A stretch of DNA of 64,000 nucleotides from Bacteroidales bacterium (GTDB lineage: Bacteria; Bacteroidota; Bacteroidia; Bacteroidales; UBA932), in the NCBI GenBank assembly GCA_041668045.1, contig JBAYDV010000001.1:16997-80996 (forward strand), written 5' to 3'. The notes below the pieces were generated by a model, which worked only from the letters and a program-made list of their open reading frames with translations, made no database searches and had not been told where the DNA came from. Position 1 is the stretch's first letter. Every line of letters starts with the position of its first letter. Positions 34,389 through 40,896 of the stretch are shown in pieces. The position numbers were made by a program, and so were the translations under genes.

Positions 34389-35990
34389 TTATATTTTAAG
34401 TAATCTTATTAAATAAAATTTATTATTTTCTCTACTCAAACGTATAGTAGTCTTTCCATTCTTTACTATGGCAATGCTACTCTCTGGAGAAGATATTGCT
34501 GTTTCGCGTAGCATATGTTCTTGCGAAATAGTAAGATCTTTAGGAGAGCCCATTTTCAGATAAAGAGACTGAGCATCATGACACATATAACCAACACTCT
34601 GAAGTTCTAATACATATTTACCATCATCCATATTATTTAATTCCAGCTCTATCACACCTTTATTATAAGAAGGATGTAATTGAGTAAAATATGTTTTATT
34701 ACCCTTTTTACCTTGATTAGGCATAGTAAAATCATAAATCAAAGCAGATACTTCATTATTACTATTTTTAGTAATCCAATAATTAAGTAAATCGTCTTGA
34801 GTATCATTTCCCTTACCATCATCATTTACAGAAATTTTATTCTTAAATAATTTATTATAAAAAGAATAAGCATAAAATGAAGGTTTGCGAATATTTTGGA
34901 AATTAATTAAACCAAAACCTCCATGAAAAGGTTTATCTACAGTCCCAGGCTCTTCGAAAATATCCGTGAAAGTCCAGTAAGACATAGATGTAGCATGACC
35001 AATACTATTTTTTAGTACATTTAATAAATATGTAGCATTCTGATAAGTATCATGTATAGGATCAGCAGGAGAATATGAGCTATTAAACTCAGTAATATGA
35101 AGTTCCATATCTTTCTCACCTGCATCAATTATTTGCTTTCTAGTCTCAGCTAAACCGTCAGGAATACATAAAGGATTCTTTACTAAAAAATTATCTTGAG
35201 TTCCATACTCATCTAAAGCTCCTTCTACACCATAAGCATGCGTCGTAATAAAATCTAATGGTACATTATTTTTCTTAGTAAAAGATATAAATTCTGGCAC
35301 CCAAGCCAAACCAGCAGTAGCTGGACCTCCTACTCTATAATCTGCATTTACAGACTTTATAGACTCAGACGCGACTTTATATAATTTAAAATAATCAGCC
35401 TGTTCAGCATCGAAAAAGGCAGAAAGATTCGGTTCATTCCACACTTCAAAATACCATTTTTTAATTTCATCCTCGCCATATCTTTTAGTAATATGTTCTA
35501 CAAATGCTTGTATAAACTTAGAATACTCATCGAAGGACGAAGGAAGAGTAACATTGCCCTTCCACCAAAAAATAGTTTTCTTTCCTGAGGCCAATGCTTC
35601 AGGCATAAAACCCAACTCTACTAGAGGACGGATATGAATACTTAATAAAAAATCATAAAGAGCATCTACATACATGAAGTTATAATGGACTTTACCATCA
35701 TATATTTTAAATACACCCATATCATCAGAAAATAGACCATGGAAACGTATATATTTAAAATTACATTCTTGCTGTACTTCAGTAAGCTGTCTCTGCCAGT
35801 CAGCCATAAGACCTTCATGAGCACGACCCGCTCCGATACAAACTAATGGCATTTTTGAAAGCTCTACAGTTGAAGATTTAATATCAACCTTAAGAATCCT
35901 CTTTTTAGGAACTGCATAACTGTAAATAGAAGAAAATACAGCTAATAAGATAAATGATGCAGTTAATACTACATTTATAGATTTTTTCAT
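34389..35990 (-). CDS. Glycoside hydrolase family 39 (beta-xylosidase-like)
   Basis: Signal peptide. GAGRAHEGL...FKYIRFHGLFSDDMGV, acid/base WYFEVWNEPN, and nucleophile region LHITEFNSSY. These match the recalled XynB-type GH39 signature. Confidence 0.75.
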   Translation of the reverse strand: MKKSINVVLTASFILLAVFSSIYSYAVPKKRILKVDIKSSTVELSKMPLVCIGAGRAHEGLMADWQRQLTEVQQECNFKYIRFHGLFSDDMGVFKIYDGKVHYNFMYVDALYDFLLSIHIRPLVELGFMPEALASGKKTIFWWKGNVTLPSSFDEYSKFIQAFVEHITKRYGEDEIKKWYFEVWNEPNLSAFFDAEQADYFKLYKVASESIKSVNADYRVGGPATAGLAWVPEFISFTKKNNVPLDFITTHAYGVEGALDEYGTQDNFLVKNPLCIPDGLAETRKQIIDAGEKDMELHITEFNSSYSPADPIHDTYQNATYLLNVLKNSIGHATSMSYWTFTDIFEEPGTVDKPFHGGFGLINFQNIRKPSFYAYSFYNKLFKNKISVNDDGKGNDTQDDLLNYWITKNSNNEVSALIYDFTMPNQGKKGNKTYFTQLHPSYNKGVIELELNNMDDGKYVLELQSVGYMCHDAQSLYLKMGSPKDLTISQEHMLRETAISSPESSIAIVKNGKTTIRLSRENNKFYLIRLLKI

Positions 35991-36002
35991 ATTATATTTT
36001 GA

Positions 36003-37214
36003 TTAAATTAATTCTTTCGCTCGTCGGATGAGTTCTTCTTTTATGCGAGTATAAGCTTTCCTAGGTGCACAATTATCATCCCATACACAGCCATGCCAAC
36101 TATCATATGGAGTATCTTTATCTTTTATATTCCAAAAGTTGAGTGTAACTACTCCTGTTTCATTATTTTGGAGTAATACTCTTAAGATTTCACCTATAGT
36201 ACTAGCTTGGTCATCTTCATTATATTGATCTTTCATCCATACATTCATCTCAGTAACATGAAACTCTAGATCATTCTCATGACACCATTTTATGATACTA
36301 TCTAGACGTTCTAAATTGCCAGGAATTTTCTCCCATCCTGCATCTATATGACATTGCCACCCAAGACCATCTACTCTTCTACCCTTGTTTCGTAAATATT
36401 TAACGAGTTTCTTCATCTTCTCCCATACTATTTCTTCTAGTTGTCCATGTTCGTTAATAACATGCTTAATATCGGGTGCATATTCATCTGCATTTTTGAA
36501 TGCCATATCTATATATAATGGTACTTTAATTTCTGAGCTTTCATCATAACCAATAATCGTCCATGGGTTTTCCCAAGAATCATTACCTGTACGACTAGAA
36601 AACCAATCACCTGCTTCTACATCTGGGTAGTTTTCTCCTCCACTTATATGAGATGTGGCTATAGTTTCATTTACCACATCCATCCATTGTATAAGACTCG
36701 CTGACTTATTATATCTTTTGTAAAGTTCTATAGTATATTCATTTAACATTTGTGTAAGCTGAGATGCTGTACGATTATCATCCTTAACCCATGGTGAACA
36801 TTGAGGACTAATAGGACCATGCATTCTTATAACTTGTTTGTTATTTCTACAGTTTCTGACGAGCAGATCAGGACGAGACCAATCCCACTTATCAAAAGTA
36901 GGATGTACTGTGCTTTGTTTAAAATCGTTAGTCGGAGTTATGTAAGAGAATTCGCGTTTTGCTATCACATAAGATAAATCATCCTGGTGATAATATCCAT
37001 TAGCGACACCTATATAAAAGTTTTTTAGCTGCAAGCTATCTACTAATCGTCTTATAGGTAAATTCATATAACTATCTAAATCTGCTTTTTTTATCTCTTC
37101 TTCTTTAGTAGAATCATTATTTCCGTTATTATCTGCTGAAGCTTTAGAACATGCTGTTAGTAATATCAAACTTAAAACTATGATGTTTAATTTATTAATA
37201 TATGTTACGTTCAT
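36003..37214 (-). CDS. Lipoprotein glycoside hydrolase, GH10-like (clan GH-A, xylanase-like)
   Basis: Lipobox LLTAC. WMDVVNE (acid/base-type motif), VDGLGWQCHI, and FHVTEMNVW (nucleophile-type ITELD equivalent). Confidence 0.6.
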   Translation of the reverse strand: MNVTYINKLNIIVLSLILLTACSKASADNNGNNDSTKEEEIKKADLDSYMNLPIRRLVDSLQLKNFYIGVANGYYHQDDLSYVIAKREFSYITPTNDFKQSTVHPTFDKWDWSRPDLLVRNCRNNKQVIRMHGPISPQCSPWVKDDNRTASQLTQMLNEYTIELYKRYNKSASLIQWMDVVNETIATSHISGGENYPDVEAGDWFSSRTGNDSWENPWTIIGYDESSEIKVPLYIDMAFKNADEYAPDIKHVINEHGQLEEIVWEKMKKLVKYLRNKGRRVDGLGWQCHIDAGWEKIPGNLERLDSIIKWCHENDLEFHVTEMNVWMKDQYNEDDQASTIGEILRVLLQNNETGVVTLNFWNIKDKDTPYDSWHGCVWDDNCAPRKAYTRIKEELIRRAKELI

Positions 37215-37472
37215 TATATTGGTTTTATTTATTGTTTATTTTATAATTAATATTTTCAAGATATGTAGTATTTTAATAGAAAGTATTTTTCATATTAAAT
37301 TTTCTAATTATTCACAGAAAACAAAAGTAATATTTTAGCACAAACATAATAATGCGATTTGTGACATATACTTTTCTTAATGTATCAAAAAGATATATTA
37401 AGAACATTATTCCATAAAAAAGGCATTTAAGTGCATATTAAACTGTTCAATTTGAAAAAAAACTAAAAAATA

Positions 37473-37503
37473 TTTGTTTTTTGAAAATAAAGCCTTATAT
37501 TTG
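37473..37503 (+). promoter_or_regulatory. Bacteroidota-type promoter of the initiator tRNA gene (-33 TTTG / -7 TATATTTG)
   Basis: TTTG at 37473-37476 and TATATTTG at 37496-37503 with a 19-nt spacer. The 17-nt core AAAGCCTTATATTTGCA (37489-37505) is identical to the rpmH promoter core at 44774-44790. Confidence 0.6.
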
Positions 37504-37552
37504 CATCCCGTTTGAGAAACAGATGTAGTAAAAACTACACAAAAACATATAT

Positions 37553-37625
37553 CGCGGAGTAGAGCAGTTGGTAGCTCGTCGGGCTCATAACCCGGAGGCC
37601 AGAGGTTCGAGTCCTCTCTCCGCTA
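37553..37625 (+). tRNA. Initiator tRNA-Met (anticodon CAT). The 3' CCA is not encoded.
   Basis: Cloverleaf by hand: acceptor CGCGGAG/CTCCGCT, D arm GAGC-AGTTGGTA-GCTC, anticodon arm TCGGG-CTCATAA-CCCGG with three consecutive G:C pairs, T arm AGAGG-TTCGAGT-CCTCT. Position 1:72 is unpaired (C-U). It closely parallels the E. coli tRNA-fMet sequence as I recall it. Confidence 0.9.
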
Positions 37626-37632
37626 CTCTAAA

Positions 37633-37669
37633 AGAGCTAATTAAGAAATCTTAATTAGCTCTTTTTTTT
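37633..37669 (+). terminator. Intrinsic terminator after the tRNA gene
   Basis: AGAGCTAATTAAG / CTTAATTAGCTCT stem (37633-37662) followed by eight T (37662-37669). An A-rich 5' flank gives weak bidirectional potential toward the convergent lipoprotein gene. Confidence 0.7.
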
Positions 37670-37702
37670 GTTTATTTATATTACTTCCTTTTAAATCACA
37701 TA

Positions 37703-38881
37703 CTATATAGGAACATTATCTACTATTTCTGTAGGAATCTCATATTCTGACACTGATTTTATGCCTGGTAAAGAAAAATAAGATGAAACTATATCTCCTT
37801 TTAGATAAACCAACTTACCAATATTATTATTATGATCCACAAGATTCAATGCATTTCTCACTTTTCCTGACTTTAATTCTACAGACATACAATTCATTCT
37901 CATAGATTCTGGATAATTATCAGAAATCGCCAAGTGGGTAGCTGAAGAAAAAGGTTTATCAAAGCTAATTTTAGAAGTACTCAAATCCCCTCCTACTATA
38001 TAGCCTTTAACCCAAACATCCTCAACTCCACTATTACACATAGCCTCAGAGACATTATAAGCAGTCTCTTTACTTTTACCATCATTCTGAGATTCTCCTC
38101 CTATAATTATATCATCTGATATCCAATTTCGAGATGTATCTAAAGTAATAGACACTCCTCTATCTTTATCAAAATCTGCTATAGAAGCATTAAATTTTAA
38201 AGTTAATACTTCAGCAGCTTTTAAAGATCTATATGTTACAAAATGCTTTTCGTTTTTTTCTTTCAAATATATAACAACCTTAGAGGGCTTAAAATAAGCT
38301 ATTCGTCTCTCATTCAATCCATATTCAAATTCATAAGTCTCAGATTCAATTACTATAATAGCCATAGGATATGCTTTCTTAAAATCCTCAGTAAATTCAA
38401 ATCTCAATCCAGCATTAATTTGTGTACAATTAAAATCAACATTAACCATTTCTTGAGACTTCACTAATACTTGCTGAGTGTCCCCATACTGAGGATTAGC
38501 GAATGAAGGTTCTTCAAATGTATCTGAGATTACAGAAAATTCATAGCTACCCTCAGGCAATGTCATTTTTTCAGGCTTATTACCATAAGTATCGTTAAAT
38601 AATATCTCTCCATCTTCAGCAGAAACTATAGTAAGCAAAAAATCATTTGTATCAGGTAATATTCCTTCTGACACTTTAGATAACATCTTTTCGCTATAAT
38701 TATAGCCATTAGAGAAAGACATCTGGACTAATCCTTTATCTTTTCCATAAGGTTCTTTAGCACATTCTGCTAATAAAGCACATAATAAAGATATTAGAAA
38801 AATACCTTTTATTAAAGATTGGTTTTCGTTTACACCATTTTTAAAGTCCGTTATTGACTTCCTAATCATTTGTTTTTTCAT
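37703..38881 (-). CDS. Uncharacterised two-domain lipoprotein
   Basis: The ORF-track start 38896 is TTG, and the first ATG is at 38881 (MKKQMIRKS). Lipobox-like LLCALLAEC. The N-terminal part is beta-rich. The C-terminal roughly 110 aa (ETAYNVSEAM...VWVKGYIVGG...LVYLKGDIVSSYF) resembles small OB-like domains I recall at the ends of Bacteroidales surface proteins. I can assign no family with confidence. Confidence 0.55.
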   Translation of the reverse strand: MKKQMIRKSITDFKNGVNENQSLIKGIFLISLLCALLAECAKEPYGKDKGLVQMSFSNGYNYSEKMLSKVSEGILPDTNDFLLTIVSAEDGEILFNDTYGNKPEKMTLPEGSYEFSVISDTFEEPSFANPQYGDTQQVLVKSQEMVNVDFNCTQINAGLRFEFTEDFKKAYPMAIIVIESETYEFEYGLNERRIAYFKPSKVVIYLKEKNEKHFVTYRSLKAAEVLTLKFNASIADFDKDRGVSITLDTSRNWISDDIIIGGESQNDGKSKETAYNVSEAMCNSGVEDVWVKGYIVGGDLSTSKISFDKPFSSATHLAISDNYPESMRMNCMSVELKSGKVRNALNLVDHNNNIGKLVYLKGDIVSSYFSLPGIKSVSEYEIPTEIVDNVPI

Positions 38882-38910
38882 AAAAAATCTCCTCAATTTT
38901 AGTTAACAAC

Positions 38911-38943
38911 CAAAATTAAGGAGAATATATATTTGAAGTCAAA
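38911..38943 (-). promoter_or_regulatory. Candidate promoter of the lipoprotein gene (-33 TTTG / -7 TAATTTTG on the minus strand)
   Basis: The plus strand has CAAAATTA at 38911-38918 and CAAA at 38940-38943, with a 21-nt spacer. It lies about 30 nt upstream of ATG 38881. Confidence 0.45.
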
Positions 38944-39058
38944 ATTGACTTTTTATCCTAAAAAAATACTGATTTTTAAAAACCAATACGTTTTTTTATA
39001 CATAAATACTGATTTTTATAAAAAAAGTTTAGGCTAAAAAAGAGAAATTAATAAGAAT

Positions 39059-40255
39059 TTACTTTTTAATCTCCATAAGTTTTTTAATCGATACCGCAAG
39101 TCTTCTTACTCCCTCTTTTATATTTTCATCAGAAGCATAAGAGAAATTAAGACGTAATGTATTCTGTCCTGAACCATCACAGAAAAACACTTCACCAATA
39201 ACGAAAGCGACATTTTCTTTTATAGCTATCTTAAATAACTCTGTAGAATTCAAATTTTCTGGCAAAGTTACAAATAAGAAAAGTCCTCCTTCAGGATGTG
39301 TCCAAGAAACACCTTCTGGCATAAACTCTCCTAAATATTTCACCATCAAATCTCTTTTCTTTCTATATAATTGGACAGTCTTCTTAAGATTCTTATCGAA
39401 ATAACCTTCTTCCATATATCTAGCTGCTAACTCTTGATTAAATATAGACGTACATAAATCTGTAGTCTGTTTAGCAGTATTTATTCTATCTACGACATCT
39501 AAAGAAGCTAAAACCCAACCTAATCTAAAACCAGGAGCGAAAGTCTTAGAAAATGTACCTAGAAGAATTACTCTTTCTGGATCTAAAGAAAACATAGTAG
39601 GATAACTAGTTCCTTCAAATCTTATATCCTTATAAGGACTATCCTCTATTACATAGATATTATATTTTTGAGCTAGATTTATTAACTTTTTACGTTGTTC
39701 TAGATTCATAGTCTCTCCAGATGGATTTTGAAAATCTGGAATAGCATAGATAAATTTAGGCTTTTTTCCTTCTGCTATTAATTTTTCAATTATTTCTTCT
39801 GAATCTTCTATTCTTTTAGTTCCTACTAAATTAGCCCTATAAGCATTAAAAGACTGTAAAGCACCAAGATAGGTAGGAAGTCCACAAAGTATAGTATCAC
39901 CTGGATCTATAAATGTTTTAGTTATCAAATCAATAGCCTGCTGAGAAGCAGTAGTAATAATTATATTATCTAATTCACATTGGATTCCATCTCTCTCATA
40001 TTTTTTCTTCAACTGAGTTCTTAGAGGGATACTTCCCCCTGTAGTTCCATATTGTAACATAACCTCAGGCTTTTCAACAAGTAAATCTTGGACGATTCCT
40101 TTTAATTCCTCTACTGGAAAAGTCTCTGGATTTGGGAAACCACCACCAAAAGATATTATCTCTGGTTTGTTCGCTACTGCGAGAAGTTCTCGTATAGCAG
40201 ACTTTTTCATATGTTTGGCACTTTCAGAAAGAAAATTCTTTATATCTATCGACAT
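39059..40255 (-). CDS. Class I/II PLP-dependent aminotransferase (paralog of 7113-8285)
   Basis: TFSKTFAPGFRLGWV PLP-Lys motif, NPSGETM, WTHPEGGLFLF, and TLRLNFSY. It is colinear with the 7113-8285 protein along the full length. Confidence 0.8.
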   Translation of the reverse strand: MSIDIKNFLSESAKHMKKSAIRELLAVANKPEIISFGGGFPNPETFPVEELKGIVQDLLVEKPEVMLQYGTTGGSIPLRTQLKKKYERDGIQCELDNIIITTASQQAIDLITKTFIDPGDTILCGLPTYLGALQSFNAYRANLVGTKRIEDSEEIIEKLIAEGKKPKFIYAIPDFQNPSGETMNLEQRKKLINLAQKYNIYVIEDSPYKDIRFEGTSYPTMFSLDPERVILLGTFSKTFAPGFRLGWVLASLDVVDRINTAKQTTDLCTSIFNQELAARYMEEGYFDKNLKKTVQLYRKKRDLMVKYLGEFMPEGVSWTHPEGGLFLFVTLPENLNSTELFKIAIKENVAFVIGEVFFCDGSGQNTLRLNFSYASDENIKEGVRRLAVSIKKLMEIKK

Positions 40256-40434
40256 GATTTATAGTAAATTAAGTTGATTAAATAACTTCTAAACAATTAA
40301 CAAAATTAACAATTTGTAACACATTAACAAAAATTATATCATATTGTTTATCAAATCTTTTGTTTAAGAAATAAATCATTATAAAAACAATGTTTTTTCC
40401 TTATATTAAATTTATTATTATTTTTACATTATAT

Positions 40435-40887
40435 ATGAAAATTAAAATGCAAACAGTAAGAATAACGAAGGAATTTAAATTCGAAGGGGCGCACGCTCTT
40501 TTAAACTACGATGGGAAATGTCGTCACATACACGGACATTCTTATATACTACATGTAACAGTAAAAGGCACACCAGAGGATAATGAATTAAGCCCAAAAT
40601 ATGGTATGCTAATAGACTTTAGTATCCTAAAAAAAATAGTAAATGAAAATATACTAGATAAATTCGACCACGCACTTATTCTGAGAGAAAACGCACCACT
40701 TTCAGAAGATATTAAAAATATATATGGCAATGTTATAACAGTAGCTTTTCAACCTACCTGCGAAAATCTAGTCATATATTTTGCAGAACAAATCAAAAAA
40801 TCTTTACCTGCAAACGTTCAACTTTATTCATTAAAACTTTACGAAACTGCTACATCATTCGCTGAGTGGTATGCCGAAGAAAATTAA
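40435..40887 (+). CDS. queD: 6-carboxy-5,6,7,8-tetrahydropterin synthase
   Basis: ITKEFKFEGAHALLNYDGKCRHIHGHSY holds the Zn/His and catalytic Cys signature. The ORF-track start 40390 adds an implausible hydrophobic 15 aa. ATGs at 40435 or 40447 are more likely starts. Confidence 0.8.
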   Translation: MKIKMQTVRITKEFKFEGAHALLNYDGKCRHIHGHSYILHVTVKGTPEDNELSPKYGMLIDFSILKKIVNENILDKFDHALILRENAPLSEDIKNIYGNVITVAFQPTCENLVIYFAEQIKKSLPANVQLYSLKLYETATSFAEWYAEEN

Positions 40888-40896
40888 ATACCATTT

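Noticed and set aside
37215-37552. The largest non-coding stretch (338 bp) next to a tRNA gene was examined for an ncRNA, integration scar or small ORF.
   Set aside because: It is uniformly AT-rich with no GC-rich helices, no direct repeat of the tRNA 3' end, and no integrase nearby. The only ORF is a 21-codon one with no supporting signal. It probably contains just the divergent GH10 and tRNA promoters.
40296-40329. Three copies of ATTAACA at 9- and 18-bp spacing in the aminotransferase/queD divergent spacer. I also checked for a preQ1 riboswitch before queD.
   Set aside because: It is a short AT-rich 7-mer. The second copy overlaps a plausible -7 box for the aminotransferase gene (CAAAATTA, 40301-40308). 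No conserved riboswitch-like GC-containing stem is present in the roughly 130-nt spacer.
40390-40434. The ORF track proposes extended N-termini for queD (40390), the lipoprotein (38896, TTG), the M20 gene (14239, TTG), uvrB (53782, TTG), era (30223, GTG) and the MBL gene (5809).
   Set aside because: The extensions use non-ATG codons or add implausible residues. They also overlap upstream genes or promoter boxes, and conserved N-termini begin at downstream ATGs.
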